A DNA stretch of 64,000 bases from an uncultured virus (IMG/VR IMGVR_UViG_3300032225_002272). Its lineage: Duplodnaviria; Heunggongvirae; Uroviricota; Caudoviricetes. The notes below the pieces were generated by a model. That model did not search any database, had not been told where the DNA came from, and saw nothing but the letters and a program-made list of their open reading frames with translations. Shown one piece after another: positions 1-10,860 of the stretch (positions are counted from its first letter, which is position 1; each line of letters starts with the position of its first letter). Where the stretch lies: the IMG/VR virus record IMGVR_UViG_3300032225_002272; one strand, given 5' to 3'. Both the position numbers and the translations under genes were made by a program.

Positions 1-111
1 ATAAAGTATGTAGATCTTGTTAATCTAAGTACATCATATCGCGTCAGATATGCTGATATAACAGAGAAGTATGAAGAAAGAGATAATAAATTAGAAGAAA
101 TATTAAATTAA
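1..111 (+). CDS. partial hypothetical protein (3' end)
   Basis: Frame open from base 1, ends ...EERDNKLEEILN* with the recurrent C-terminal motif. Confidence 0.6.
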   Translation: MKYVDLVNLSTSYRVRYADITEKYEERDNKLEEILN

Positions 112-112
112 T

Positions 113-574
113 ATGGAATTAGTAACAACAAAAATTTGTATGGCATTAGACTTAGGAGTTCACGGTAATCTCTTTGGTGGTAATATGATGTCATTCTTAG
201 ACGAAGCGGCGGCAGCATACGCTTGTCAAATATGTGACTCAGCTAAAATGGTTACAATGAAAATAGAAGAAGTAGTATTTAAGAGTCCAGTTAAAGTTGG
301 TAACTTAATTAAGATATATGCTTCAGTTGATAAATTTGGAACTACCTCAATAACAATTAATCTTGAGGCAAGAAAACATAATGTTCATACCGGTAAACAA
401 GAATTAGTATGTTCAACAAAAATGGTATTCGTTAAACTCGATGAAGAAGGTTCATCCATTCCAATTTCAGATAGAGTTAAACTAAGATACGCAGAAAGAT
501 TTAAAACTTATGGAAGAGGCTTACTTCATCCAGAAGAATTGGAAAAAGAAAAAATGCTAGACAATAAAAAATAA
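113..574 (+). CDS. acyl-CoA thioesterase (hotdog fold)
   Basis: DLGVHGNLFGGNMMSFLDEAAA motif; FKSPVKVG; GTTSI. Confidence 0.85.
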   Translation: MELVTTKICMALDLGVHGNLFGGNMMSFLDEAAAAYACQICDSAKMVTMKIEEVVFKSPVKVGNLIKIYASVDKFGTTSITINLEARKHNVHTGKQELVCSTKMVFVKLDEEGSSIPISDRVKLRYAERFKTYGRGLLHPEELEKEKMLDNKK

Positions 575-584
575 ACAATTAAAA

Positions 585-962
585 ATGGAAAATTTACAAT
601 TAATTTTAGTAACAGTTTTGATTACTCTTGTGTCAGTTGCGGTCGTAGGCTCTATAGCTTACTTGGTTGCGGTTGTGAGAAAGTTGAGACGAGTTGTTAA
701 AGACAACACAGTAGATATTACACATCTACAAACTGCCTTAAATAATGAGGTACAAAATATAAACAATAGATTTGACGAGTTTGATAGCTCAATGTCTAAT
801 GTTTATAACGATTTAGATAGAAAATTAGATAGCCGTTGTGATAAACTATACGATGGTTATAACAGAGAAGTAGCAAATATCTATCAGGAGCTACAAAAAA
901 GAGATGAAAGTATTGAACATCTTAGAGAATTAACAAGACAAGCTTTAGGTCTTAAAAAATAA
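585..962 (+). CDS. hypothetical membrane-anchored coiled-coil protein
   Basis: N-terminal hydrophobic helix followed by a heptad-rich region. Confidence 0.7.
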   Translation: MENLQLILVTVLITLVSVAVVGSIAYLVAVVRKLRRVVKDNTVDITHLQTALNNEVQNINNRFDEFDSSMSNVYNDLDRKLDSRCDKLYDGYNREVANIYQELQKRDESIEHLRELTRQALGLKK

Positions 963-982
963 GCAAAAAAATAGTCTAGCAT

Positions 983-1012
983 AAAAAAAGAGAGTCATTG
1001 ACTCTCTTTTTT
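983..1012. terminator. bidirectional intrinsic terminator
   Basis: AAAAAAAGAGAGTCA-T-TGACTCTCTTTTTT inverted repeat between convergent genes. Confidence 0.75.
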
Positions 1013-1352
1013 AGTTTAATATCATATCAATAACTGAATTTCTTTCTTCTTGTAAAGAGTATTTTTTTAATTCAGATTCTAAGAACCAATATTTTAATAC
1101 ACTTCCTTTACTATTCTTAAAAGAAACATAATATTCTACTCGCCAGCTTTCTTCAATTGAAGGAACAGCATATCTGGCATTAATATCTAATATCTTACCA
1201 ATATACCAAAATTCTGGCACTTCTGAGTAGATAGTTACCTTAACTTCATCAACTCTTTCAAATTTGATAAAACCAAAGTTATTTTCTACTTTCTTTTTTT
1301 TGAATATAGATAATAGTTTCTTTATCATTTTAATACTTTTTTTAGTTTCCAA
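1011..1352 (-). CDS. hypothetical protein
   Basis: ORF ending EERNSVIDMILN; start may be the second Met. Confidence 0.65.
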   Translation of the reverse strand: METKKSIKMIKKLLSIFKKKKVENNFGFIKFERVDEVKVTIYSEVPEFWYIGKILDINARYAVPSIEESWRVEYYVSFKNSKGSVLKYWFLESELKKYSLQEERNSVIDMILN

Positions 1353-1684
1353 TCTCTTTCTTTAGAGTTATCTTCAAATGCTAATTCTTCTTCCGCAAAT
1401 AAAATAGGAATTAGATGTTGCTTTAGTTGATATCCACTTGGATATAAATCTAAAGCAACTCTGTAAACATTTAAGTCTGGTGTTGATTCTTTAGCAGCAA
1501 CTATTGAACCAGTTCGATATTTAAGATCATCATATGATCTTGTCATTATAACAACACGATCACCCTTTGAGAACTTTAAATTGTTCTCTGTACCTAAAAA
1601 CTGCGAGGTCTTTTGCTTTCGCTTCAATCTCTGTGTCAAAGTCAAGACCAAATGTTTTAATTTCTTCATATATGTAATCGGCAT
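1325..1684 (-). CDS. hypothetical protein (start uncertain, 5' part overlaps uvsE)
   Basis: KFSKGDRV SH3/KOW-like segment; ends ERDWKLKKVLK. Confidence 0.5.
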   Translation of the reverse strand: MPITYMKKLKHLVLTLTQRLKRKQKTSQFLGTENNLKFSKGDRVVIMTRSYDDLKYRTGSIVAAKESTPDLNVYRVALDLYPSGYQLKQHLIPILFAEEELAFEDNSKERDWKLKKVLK

Positions 1685-2486
1685 GTGCTGTTTGTTTTCC
1701 TGAATTATCTTCTAATGTTTTTGGTGAACTCATATGAGTCATTGGTGTTATATCACCCCAGGTAGAACAGGCAAGTCTAATTGCTTCTTCCTGTGAGATA
1801 TCCTGAGGTCCGTAGTTATGATGATGAAAATCATGTGTAATAGGAATTCCTATTTTTTTATAAATCAAATCATATAAAATTTTAGTTGAATATTGATTTG
1901 GACCATCATCATTTTCAACTACTAATCTTTTTTGACAAGATTCACTTAGATTATAAAATTGAAGGCAAAATCTCTCAGCCGCTTCCTCTCTTGTTGGTTT
2001 AGTTGTGTTGACATGTATATTGATTGGATAGTAATGTGTCTGTTCTAGTCCCATTAAATCCATTATTTGAGCATGTTTATCTAATTCATCAATAGCGTTT
2101 TTTACAACAACTGGGTTTTCACTAGCTGGAATACAGAAGTGAGTTGGGTGGAAGGAAAGTCTCATTCCTTTAGATTTTGAGTAATCACCTATTAGTTTTA
2201 ACTTATTAGATATAATCTTAAAGTTTGGCAAATCTTCTAATTTATAGAAGCCAATACATGGAAACATATCACTTGACATTCTATAAACAAGAATATTATT
2301 TCTAAAATTCCATTGAAGTATTTTTTCAAGATCATTAATATTCTGTATTGCTAACTCAGACACATATCCAAGACCTTTAGTCTCAAATGTTTTTTTGGTC
2401 ATTCCTCTATTGACCGTTACTTGGTCTTTCTTACTCTTACCCTCGTTCAACGAGATATTAATACAACAATATCCTATATTACCCAT
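1560..2486 (-). CDS. uvsE: UV damage endonuclease UvsE
   Basis: IGYCCIN, YRMSSDMFP, RLSFHP, INIHV, LVVENDD, DFHHH, AHADYI, EAKAKDLA motifs. Confidence 0.92.
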   Translation of the reverse strand: MGNIGYCCINISLNEGKSKKDQVTVNRGMTKKTFETKGLGYVSELAIQNINDLEKILQWNFRNNILVYRMSSDMFPCIGFYKLEDLPNFKIISNKLKLIGDYSKSKGMRLSFHPTHFCIPASENPVVVKNAIDELDKHAQIMDLMGLEQTHYYPINIHVNTTKPTREEAAERFCLQFYNLSESCQKRLVVENDDGPNQYSTKILYDLIYKKIGIPITHDFHHHNYGPQDISQEEAIRLACSTWGDITPMTHMSSPKTLEDNSGKQTAHADYIYEEIKTFGLDFDTEIEAKAKDLAVFRYREQFKVLKG

Positions 2487-2490
2487 GATA

Positions 2491-2514
2491 CAAATATACT
2501 AAAAATAATATATA
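2491..2514. promoter_or_regulatory. back-to-back promoters: minus TATATTTG (host-sigma -7 element) and plus TAATATATA (late-type)
   Basis: caaatata at 2491-2498, 4 nt from the uvsE ATG; taatatata at 2506-2514. Confidence 0.6.
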
Positions 2515-2518
2515 GTAT

Positions 2519-2683
2519 ATGATAATTTATAGAATTTTTAATAAAATAAATGGAAAATCTTATATAGGTCAATCTGTTGTGAGTTTTAATAAGAGGTATA
2601 GAGGTGACTGGGCAAGTAACTTGGTGTATTAAAAAAAATAAATTAGAAATGCCAGGTAAAAACTATTGGCAAACTAATAAATA
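2519..2683 (+). pseudogene. internally deleted GIY-YIG homing endonuclease remnant
   Basis: MIIYRIFNKINGKSYIGQS.. stops at 2632; another frame gives WCIKKNKLEMPGKNYWQ*. Confidence 0.55.
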
Positions 2684-2708
2684 AGGAATTATTTTTAATA
2701 TATACATT

Positions 2709-3287
2709 ATGAAGATTAGAAAATACGCAGATTTTATCAACGAAGAGATTATGAATGATACGCCAGAATCTTATGTTGAAATTGCTTTAAAGCAAATCAA
2801 AAGAAAGATTGATAAAATGTTTGAATTTCAAGAAAATGAACAACAACCTGAGGAACAACCAATGTCAGAAGAAGGAGAAGATTCAAAATCTATTAAAAGA
2901 GCTAAGGCTGAATCTAAAGATAGATCTAAGATGTCTCTAAAAGACTTAGGTGTTAGACTTGAAAGTTCTGAGATATCTAAATACTCAAAGATGTATGATA
3001 ACTTAACAGTTAAATTTTCAGACGATGCTGCTACTTACAATCTTTATTTAGCAATTGATCTTAAAGATGCTCTACCAAAAGATGCTACAAAAGACTTCTC
3101 ATATGAAGATATTAAAACTTGCTACATTAAATTCAAAAAATATGACCTTGACACATTCGAGGTTATTGGTCAAATAACTAAAAACGTAGAGATTAAAAAA
3201 ATCGATGAAGAGTTTTTAGTTGATTTAAAGATTGAGATGGATGACAAATTCGGAGAAGAAGAAGAGTTTGAAATCGAAACAGAATAA
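2709..3287 (+). CDS. hypothetical acidic protein with capsid-targeting-like N-terminus
   Basis: MKIRKYADFINEE; TAATATATA at 2696. Confidence 0.75.
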   Translation: MKIRKYADFINEEIMNDTPESYVEIALKQIKRKIDKMFEFQENEQQPEEQPMSEEGEDSKSIKRAKAESKDRSKMSLKDLGVRLESSEISKYSKMYDNLTVKFSDDAATYNLYLAIDLKDALPKDATKDFSYEDIKTCYIKFKKYDLDTFEVIGQITKNVEIKKIDEEFLVDLKIEMDDKFGEEEEFEIETE

Positions 3288-3323
3288 TCAAGGAAAACAT
3301 CATTATTTAATAAATAAGTTACT

Positions 3324-3830
3324 ATGGCATATAATATGGTAACTAATTCTGTTGTTATACAGGAAATGAAAAAATGTAGATATTTTAAGATAAACTTAGG
3401 TCTTGCTGCCACTGTAGATAAAAACGGTCAAAGATTATTTAATGAGGCTGATAAGTTTGCTTACTACTATAATTCACAATACCGAACAACTATCTACGCT
3501 CAAGGCAATATTGGTGATATAAAATTTTATACAGACGTTTTTATTCAAGAACCTTTACTGGCTATTTATGTTGGCTCTGAGCATGAAGAGTTTATAATTA
3601 ATGTTGATTTTCAATTAATTAAAGAAAAAGGTATAGATTTTTATTTAGGTCATATTTTAAAGAAAGTCGAAGACGAACATGAAGAAAGAGTTAGATTAAA
3701 TGAACAGAAAAAGGTTGAACCTAAACCCACAGGTAATGCTGATTTGGTAAAAGCTAATCCTGGTGCTGTTAGATATGAAGATTTAAAAGCTTTCTTAGAG
3801 CAACAAAACGCACAAAGATATAAGCAATAA
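3324..3830 (+). CDS. hypothetical protein
   Basis: 168-aa ORF in a co-directional run. Confidence 0.7.
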   Translation: MAYNMVTNSVVIQEMKKCRYFKINLGLAATVDKNGQRLFNEADKFAYYYNSQYRTTIYAQGNIGDIKFYTDVFIQEPLLAIYVGSEHEEFIINVDFQLIKEKGIDFYLGHILKKVEDEHEERVRLNEQKKVEPKPTGNADLVKANPGAVRYEDLKAFLEQQNAQRYKQ

Positions 3831-3844
3831 TTAATATATAAGTT

Positions 3845-4825
3845 ATGAAACTAAAAAGAACATTAACATTAAGAACATCTGGAGAAGATGTTACTTTATT
3901 ACAAACAGTACTAAAAGAACATGGATTTTTTAATGAAAAAATTGATGGCAATTTTGGTCAAAATGTTTTAGTTTCAGTTACTAATTTTCAAAGAACTGTA
4001 GGCACTAAAGCCGATGGTATTGTTAATTCTATTACTTGGAATAAATTGATGAATTATGGTAAACAAGAAATTATTCAAAGTGAAATACCTTATGAAATAT
4101 ACTATGAGAATCAAAACGGATTAACAATATACAACTATTCTTTATCATCTGATTTATATTATCAAGAAGATATTAAAAAAGAAACTATCTGGTTACATAA
4201 TACTGGTGGTGGTTCTCGTCCTGATTGGAGTGTCAATGGTTGGGAAAAAGAATTTGAAAAAGATTTAAGTGGTAACTTAGTTTTAGATCAAAATGCAAAA
4301 ATTAAACCTCTAAAGGTTGGAGTTTCCTATATTATTGGTAGAAAATCATCTTCAACAGATGAATCTGTTTGGGATGGTAAAATATTAAACACATTTGATG
4401 ATAAATACTGGGCATATCATTTAGGTGTTAGTAATCAATCTTCTTTAGACCTTAATTCTAAATCAATTGGTATTGAGTTTTGTAATTATGGACCACTAAC
4501 ATTAGGTAATGATGGTAGATTTTATAACTCAGTTAATAAATTAGTCAATGAAAAAGATGTTGTTAAATTAGATAGACCTTTTAGAGGCTATGATTATTTT
4601 GAAAAATACACAGATTCTCAAATAGAAAATGCAAGAAATTTAATTGTTTATTTAATTAATAAACATGCTATTAAAATTGATGGTAGAATTTATAATGAAA
4701 ATTGGTTTAACTATAATGTCACATACCATACAAATGGTGGTATAAGAAGCCACTCTCACATCAGAAAAGATGTATTTGATATCTTTCCTCAGAAAGAAAT
4801 GATACAAATGTTAAATAGTCTTTAA
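3845..4825 (+). CDS. N-acetylmuramoyl-L-alanine amidase with N-terminal peptidoglycan-binding domain (endolysin)
   Basis: GEDVTLLQ..DGNFG..FQR..ADGIV PG-binding motif; WLHNTGG, WAYHLG, SIGIEFCN, RSHSHIRKD..DIFP amidase_2 motifs. Confidence 0.85.
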   Translation: MKLKRTLTLRTSGEDVTLLQTVLKEHGFFNEKIDGNFGQNVLVSVTNFQRTVGTKADGIVNSITWNKLMNYGKQEIIQSEIPYEIYYENQNGLTIYNYSLSSDLYYQEDIKKETIWLHNTGGGSRPDWSVNGWEKEFEKDLSGNLVLDQNAKIKPLKVGVSYIIGRKSSSTDESVWDGKILNTFDDKYWAYHLGVSNQSSLDLNSKSIGIEFCNYGPLTLGNDGRFYNSVNKLVNEKDVVKLDRPFRGYDYFEKYTDSQIENARNLIVYLINKHAIKIDGRIYNENWFNYNVTYHTNGGIRSHSHIRKDVFDIFPQKEMIQMLNSL

Positions 4826-5061
4826 TTTAAAAATACTGCTAATGTTTTATAGACTTTAATTTGTTTATCTATATCAATACCCTCAAAATCACAATGATGA
4901 TCCATTTCGTTTTCTTCATCAAAGATATGAAGAAGTACTTTATCTTGCTCTGGATCCCACTCAATTGAATTAAATTTCACACCATCGATATCAAAGTCAA
5001 AAACAAGCTCATTCAAGCCCATACCTAAAATTCTGATTATATCAGCTACTTTATCTTTCAT
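4822..5061 (-). CDS. hypothetical protein
   Basis: ORF with TAATATATA (minus, 5087-5095) upstream. Confidence 0.6.
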   Translation of the reverse strand: MKDKVADIIRILGMGLNELVFDFDIDGVKFNSIEWDPEQDKVLLHIFDEENEMDHHCDFEGIDIDKQIKVYKTLAVFLN

Positions 5062-5171
5062 TTTTCCGGGATTATTTTTTATAACATATATATTATTCGA
5101 TCAAAATGATTATAATTTAAATATTGGAATTTTAGAAATTAATATATATCCTAACAAAAATATTTTTACAA

Positions 5172-6428
5172 ATGGCAATTCTTAAATACGAAGATTATAT
5201 TTCAGAGAAAGTTGTTTATGAACTTTTACTTGAATCTAAAGTTGTTTATTCAAAAAAGTTTATCAACTTATTAAATAAAATGAAAGCTAATAAATTAGCT
5301 ACACAATTATTAAGTCTTTATTCTAGAGATGTTGATGGTGTTACTCAAAATTATATTGATATAACAGACTTAAAAGATGCTGTTAGTTTTACTCCTGATA
5401 GAAAAGTTCAAGAATTAACTAAAGACAAACCAGAAACTTGGGTTATAACAGAATCTGGTAAATATTTAACTACAAGTGATAGAAATAATAAAATATTTGA
5501 AGCACTTGGTTATGATAAAGTAAAATATAATTGTTGGGCACCAAATACTGGAGAAATGGGTTTAATCTTAGCGGAAACTGTTAGTTCAGCCTCAGGTAAA
5601 ATATATGTTATGTTTAAGGAACTTGAAGGTGAAAGAATCGGTGTTATTAATAAAGTCGCTATGGAACCTAAAGAAGCTGAAGACCAAAGAATTTGGTCAA
5701 CATCAAGAAATAATATTAAAATTGGTAGACTTGTAAGAGCTATTCTTACTGCGGCTAAAATACCTTTTGCTGATCAAGAAATTGAACAATTTACTAATGT
5801 TTATAAAGCAACTTATGATTTTGCTAAAGATGTTCTTAAACAATTTGATATCGTTAAAGGTGATAAAATTGCTTATTGGTATGATAATAATGATGAAGAT
5901 AGATATGTTGATGGTGGTGGATCATTAAATAATTCTTGTATGGCTGAGGTTAGTTCTGATTATTTTGATATCTATACACAAAATCCTCAAGTATCACTTG
6001 TTATTCTTTATGGAGATAGTGGTTCTATTACGGCTGAAAAATATACTGACGATAGAATAAAAGGTAGAGCAATTCTTTGGGATTGTAAATTAGATGGACA
6101 ACCTATTAAATTTATGGATAGAATTTATACAACGCTTGATGCTGATGTTGAATTATTCAAACAATTTGCTGAAAAGAATGGTTGGTGGTATAAGAAAAGA
6201 CAATCTATGGAACCAACTGAAGATTTTACAGATGGTAATTCTGTTAGAAGAGGAACTATTGAAGTTAGATTAAATAGTGCCGATTTTAAATATTATCCTT
6301 ATTGTGATACTATTTGTTATATTGATAGTGATACAGGAACGGCTTGTAATGTTTATTGGGATGATTCCGATAGATTGTTAAGAGATACTGGTGGATCATA
6401 TGAAGATTCATATGATATGGCGAATTAA
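5172..6428 (+). CDS. conserved phage protein (SCM/GRAxxW/YPYxDT family), paralog of 56521..58398
   Basis: GSLNNSCMA, GRAILW, FMDRIYT, YPYCDT; tag-like N-terminus. Confidence 0.8.
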   Translation: MAILKYEDYISEKVVYELLLESKVVYSKKFINLLNKMKANKLATQLLSLYSRDVDGVTQNYIDITDLKDAVSFTPDRKVQELTKDKPETWVITESGKYLTTSDRNNKIFEALGYDKVKYNCWAPNTGEMGLILAETVSSASGKIYVMFKELEGERIGVINKVAMEPKEAEDQRIWSTSRNNIKIGRLVRAILTAAKIPFADQEIEQFTNVYKATYDFAKDVLKQFDIVKGDKIAYWYDNNDEDRYVDGGGSLNNSCMAEVSSDYFDIYTQNPQVSLVILYGDSGSITAEKYTDDRIKGRAILWDCKLDGQPIKFMDRIYTTLDADVELFKQFAEKNGWWYKKRQSMEPTEDFTDGNSVRRGTIEVRLNSADFKYYPYCDTICYIDSDTGTACNVYWDDSDRLLRDTGGSYEDSYDMAN

Positions 6429-6458
6429 AGAAAAATTAAATATTATAAATATTAAAAT

Positions 6459-6488
6459 AAAAAACCCAGTCAAATGACTGGGTTTTTT
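6459..6488. terminator. bidirectional intrinsic terminator
   Basis: AAAAAACCCAGTCA-AA-TGACTGGGTTTTTT. Confidence 0.85.
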
Positions 6489-6507
6489 GTTTTCCTACGA
6501 GACTCTG

Positions 6508-8394
6508 TTATTTAACTTCTTCGTAAGAAGTGTCTTCAACATCACCGCCATTACCAGTGTCAGTATCTGTATTAACTTGTGGTTCTGATTGAGATTCTTG
6601 GTACAATCTTGTTGAGATTGTTCCCCAAGTTGAATTCAATTTCTCAGATGCTGTATCAATTGCTTGAGCATCTTTAGATGAATGAGCTGTTTTTAACGTT
6701 TCTAAATCAGCAGTCAAAACAGACTTATCTTCTTCAGTTAATTTTTCAGCAAACTCTTTCATTTGTTTCTCTGTTTGGAAGATAAGGTTATCAGCCATAT
6801 TTACTTTATCAACCAATTCTCTTTCAAGACGGTCAGATTCAGCATTTAATTCAGCTTCAGCTTTCATTCTTTCAATTTCCTCTTTAGATAGTTGAGAACC
6901 ACCTTCAATTCGGATTTTGTTTTCTTTTCCACTAGCTTTGTCTTTAGCAGACACAGATAGAATACCATTAGCATCAATATCTAATGTTACTTCTACTTGA
7001 GGAATACCTCTCGGAGCTGGCATGATACCATCAAGATGGAATCTACCTAACGAACGGTTATCCTTAGCCATTGGTCTTTCACCTTGTAGAACGTGAATTT
7101 CTACAGATGGTTGATTATCAGAAGCTGTTGAGAACGTTTCAGACTTACGGGTCGGAATTGTTGTGTTAGCTTCAATCAACTTAGTCATTACACTACCCAT
7201 TGTCTCAATACCAAGTGATAGTGGTGTTACATCTAAAAGAAGAACGTCAGTAATACCACCACTCAAAACAGCTCCTTGAATAGCCGCTCCAAGAGCAACA
7301 ACTTCATCAGGGTTAACTGATTTGTTTGGTTTCTTACCAGTGTACTTCTCTAATGCTTCTTGTAAAGAAGGAATTCTTGTAGAACCACCAACAAGAATAA
7401 CTTCGTCAATATCAGATGGTTTTAATCCAGCACTTTTTAAAGCAGATTTAGCACAAGCGATAGCTCTTTCAACAAGACTTGAAGTCATTTGGTCAAACTT
7501 AGCTTTAGTTAATTGTTTTACAAAGTGTAAAGGAATACCATCTTTAGCAGTGATGTATGGAAGATTGATTTCACTTTGAGTTGTAGAAGATAATTCAATC
7601 TTCGCTTTCTCAGCGGCTTCTTTCAAACGTTGAAGACCCATTGGATCCTTTGAAAGATCCATTCCGTGTTCAGATTTGAATTCATCAACCATCCAAGTAA
7701 TGATTGCGTTATCAAAGTCATCACCACCTAAGTGAGTATCACCATCAGTAGATTTAACTTCAAATACACCATCACCAATTTCTAGAACTGATACATCATG
7801 AGTACCACCACCACAGTCGAATACTAAGATTTTAGAATCTGTATTCTTTTTGTCTAAGCCATAAGCCAAGGCAGCAGCAGTTGGTTCATTGATGATACGC
7901 TCAACTTTCAAACCAGCGATTTCACCAGCTTCAATTGTTGCCGTTCTTTCAGCGTCACCGAAGTAAGCAGGTACTGTAATAACAGCTCTTTTTACTTCAT
8001 ATCCTAAATAGTCTTCAGCAGTTTTCTTCATTTTCTGAAGAATCATAGCTGAGATTTCTTGAGGTGTGTAAGTTCTATCTCCGATTTGAACACCAGGTAC
8101 ATTCTTACCAGCTTTAACTACTTGATAAGGAACTTTCGTTACCTCGTCAGTACAAGCTGAAAAGTCTTTACCGATGAATCTCTTGATAGAGTAAACAGTA
8201 TTTTTTGGATTGGTAACTGCTTGTCTTTTAGCAGGATCTCCAATTTTTCTATCGTTGTCGGTAAATCCGACAACTGAAGGAGTTGTTCTTTTTCCTTCAG
8301 AGTTGGTGATTACGATTGGTTCACCATTTTCAACCACAGCGACTGCCGAATTTGTGGTCCCAAGATCAATTCCGATAATTACGTCTTTTGCCAT
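6508..8394 (-). CDS. dnaK: molecular chaperone DnaK (Hsp70)
   Basis: [48 protein letters not shown]. Confidence 0.98.
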   Translation of the reverse strand: MAKDVIIGIDLGTTNSAVAVVENGEPIVITNSEGKRTTPSVVGFTDNDRKIGDPAKRQAVTNPKNTVYSIKRFIGKDFSACTDEVTKVPYQVVKAGKNVPGVQIGDRTYTPQEISAMILQKMKKTAEDYLGYEVKRAVITVPAYFGDAERTATIEAGEIAGLKVERIINEPTAAALAYGLDKKNTDSKILVFDCGGGTHDVSVLEIGDGVFEVKSTDGDTHLGGDDFDNAIITWMVDEFKSEHGMDLSKDPMGLQRLKEAAEKAKIELSSTTQSEINLPYITAKDGIPLHFVKQLTKAKFDQMTSSLVERAIACAKSALKSAGLKPSDIDEVILVGGSTRIPSLQEALEKYTGKKPNKSVNPDEVVALGAAIQGAVLSGGITDVLLLDVTPLSLGIETMGSVMTKLIEANTTIPTRKSETFSTASDNQPSVEIHVLQGERPMAKDNRSLGRFHLDGIMPAPRGIPQVEVTLDIDANGILSVSAKDKASGKENKIRIEGGSQLSKEEIERMKAEAELNAESDRLERELVDKVNMADNLIFQTEKQMKEFAEKLTEEDKSVLTADLETLKTAHSSKDAQAIDTASEKLNSTWGTISTRLYQESQSEPQVNTDTDTGNGGDVEDTSYEEVK

Positions 8395-8525
8395 ATTTAT
8401 TTATTCTTTTTTTATTAGTATTATATCAATCTAAGTGCCAAAGTTTATTTACTGACAATTTGTCATTTTTTCATTCAGCACTAAGTTTATATTTTTTGAT
8501 GTAGTAAAAGTTTAATATATAATTT

Positions 8526-8807
8526 ATGAAATTTATAAAAGAATGGTCAGAATGGAATCCTACCTTAAACAAGAAGGTATTGGATTTTATAGAAATTAAT
8601 AAGACCAATCTAAAAAATCTTTGGGATGATTCTAAAAGTGAAGAAGAAAATATGAAATTCTTAATAGACTACTTTACAGAATATCCTGATGAAATGAATT
8701 CTTCTATAAATCCAGACAATATTAAAACAGTTATGTCTAAATCCGGTATGAGAAATTCAGTACCTATATTGATGAATATTGGTGGTACTGACTTTAGAAG
8801 TTTCTAA
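8526..8807 (+). CDS. hypothetical protein with tag-like N-terminus
   Basis: MKFIKEWSE; TAATATATA at 8513. Confidence 0.7.
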   Translation: MKFIKEWSEWNPTLNKKVLDFIEINKTNLKNLWDDSKSEEENMKFLIDYFTEYPDEMNSSINPDNIKTVMSKSGMRNSVPILMNIGGTDFRSF

Positions 8808-10141
8808 TTATCATCTTCACTTTCTTCTGGATCTTTGAAGAATAAAGTTTTATCTTTTGTTTGTAACCATTCTCTAGATAAGTTTAATCTCTTAGTTGTA
8901 TCTCTCAACCACATCTTAGCCATTTCATATGGTTCACATCTTTGTAATGCCTTTTCATAGTCTTCCATATTATCATAGATATCAAGGATTTCTTCTTTAG
9001 ACATCCTTCTTAAATCATCGGCTTTAACCATATTCATTACAAAACCAAAGTTAGGATTACCTTTTCTTTGATTTATAGCATAATCTTTTTTAGAAACACC
9101 AGACTTGACAAATTGTTCGTAAGATTTTTCTATTTCTAACACTTTATCAGAAATAGCCTTTTTCACAATAGAAATAATTTTATTAATTCTTTCGTGTGCT
9201 TCTTTTTCATCTTCTGGTATCTGACCTAAGATATCATCTATCTTATCATCTAAGATATAACCAATAATAATGTGTTCTCTATATAAATCTTCAGTAAGTA
9301 AACCATGACGTTCACAGTACCAAGGAGTCTTTAACTTAAAGAAGAAATCTCTTCCGTTTTCATCTTCACAAGTAACAATTGACCCTTCTTTATCTACTTG
9401 TGTAGCAGTTAATTCAATTAATTGGTCTAAACTTTGAATTTCATCTTCAAATGGCGCAACTCTAATAGAACCAACTTTATCTAAGTGGTCTCTAATATCA
9501 ATATGTTTACCAGTAGCATTATCTCTTAATCTTAATAAGATTAATTCTTCACTTGGATATCTTAAAACAATACGATTGTTTGGTGCCACATATTCAAAAA
9601 TTGGCACGATATTATTATTCAAAGCCCAATCAACTAAAGATTTAACTTCTTTATTAGTTTTGTAAACTCTATTAATACCATCAGCTTGGTCATTGTCAAA
9701 TCCCATTTTAGATTTACCAACAATCTTATCGTTTGGTAACTTAACAAAAGAAGCAATAGAACCATCTTCTTTGTTGTTCACAAATTTGATTTTATAGTTC
9801 TTAACAACTGAGTATAAAGATTCTGGTACTTGATTTAAGTTAAAGAACTTTTCAAGTAGTACATATCTATTGAATAAAGAACCATCTTCATTAAAAACAA
9901 AAGTTAAACCTCTCATTTCATATCCTTTCAACTCTGGATTCTCTGGAATAGGATTAGCAAAGTCTTTGTATTGAGCAAGACGATAATTGAATACAGATAC
10001 ATTAAATCCATCTACAACCATCTTAGATTCATAAAATGGTGCTTCTTCACCTGAACATAACTCTTTAGCTTGTTCATATGTTGGAATAGCATTTTGAGAA
10101 AGACTTTCCTTTATAAATTCTGTATATCTAAATAATTTCAT
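8804..10141 (-). CDS. RNA ligase 1 (T4 Rnl1-like)
   Basis: EMRGLTF, KFFNLNQ, KEDGS (motif I), FEYVAPNNRIV, EG, KLKTPWY. Confidence 0.85.
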   Translation of the reverse strand: MKLFRYTEFIKESLSQNAIPTYEQAKELCSGEEAPFYESKMVVDGFNVSVFNYRLAQYKDFANPIPENPELKGYEMRGLTFVFNEDGSLFNRYVLLEKFFNLNQVPESLYSVVKNYKIKFVNNKEDGSIASFVKLPNDKIVGKSKMGFDNDQADGINRVYKTNKEVKSLVDWALNNNIVPIFEYVAPNNRIVLRYPSEELILLRLRDNATGKHIDIRDHLDKVGSIRVAPFEDEIQSLDQLIELTATQVDKEGSIVTCEDENGRDFFFKLKTPWYCERHGLLTEDLYREHIIIGYILDDKIDDILGQIPEDEKEAHERINKIISIVKKAISDKVLEIEKSYEQFVKSGVSKKDYAINQRKGNPNFGFVMNMVKADDLRRMSKEEILDIYDNMEDYEKALQRCEPYEMAKMWLRDTTKRLNLSREWLQTKDKTLFFKDPEESEDDN

Positions 10142-10166
10142 ATATTTTATATATTAAAAAACCAGA

Positions 10167-10595
10167 TTATTTAATCTGGTTTGTATCTTCTAAGTATCTA
10201 TTAATGACTCGACCTCTTAATTCAGTTGTAGAAAAAGAGTGTTTTCTATCATTATAATAAATTTCTATATAATCTAAATCTTTTCCAGTAAAGTCTTTAG
10301 ATTCGTATTCTTTACCCAATACTCTTACATTAATTGGATATGATTTAAGTATGTCTAAAAGATCTTTCTCACTCTCATAGACAACTACTTCATCTACATA
10401 CTTACATGCTTGTAATTGAACAAATCTTTCAAATACACTTTGAATTGGTTTATTTTTTTCTTTTCTATCAATAGTAGGGTCAGTTTGTAAACCTACAATT
10501 AAATAGTCACAAACAGCCTTTGCTTCTTTCAACATCATTATATGTCCAGCATGAAATAAATCAAAACAAGAACAAGTAAATCCAACTTTCTTCAT
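10167..10595 (-). CDS. cytidylyltransferase (glycerol-3-phosphate CT/TagD-like)
   Basis: FDLFHAGH HIGH-like motif, LIVGLQTD, RKHSFSTT. Confidence 0.88.
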   Translation of the reverse strand: MKKVGFTCSCFDLFHAGHIMMLKEAKAVCDYLIVGLQTDPTIDRKEKNKPIQSVFERFVQLQACKYVDEVVVYESEKDLLDILKSYPINVRVLGKEYESKDFTGKDLDYIEIYYNDRKHSFSTTELRGRVINRYLEDTNQIK

Positions 10596-10620
10596 ATAAA
10601 TTTTATTATTATTCATCATT

Positions 10621-10860
10621 TTAGAGATTTAATCTAAAAAAGTTTAATATTCTTTCACTTTTTTCAAAAACTCCACCATTTTCATCAGTAATCATAATTT
10701 CACCGGTTTCAAAAACTTCTATCAACCAATAAACCAAACCGTCTTTTTCAGTTCCAAAAAAGACAGCCTCATTAGTCTCATAAACAAATTCAAGTTCTAA
10801 GGCATCTATCTCTTTGTATAGTTTAGTCTTTATGATATTTTCTGAATAATTACTCACCAA
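10621..10860 (-). CDS. hypothetical protein
   Basis: ORF abutting its neighbours. Confidence 0.6.
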   Translation of the reverse strand: MVSNYSENIIKTKLYKEIDALELEFVYETNEAVFFGTEKDGLVYWLIEVFETGEIMITDENGGVFEKSERILNFFRLNL

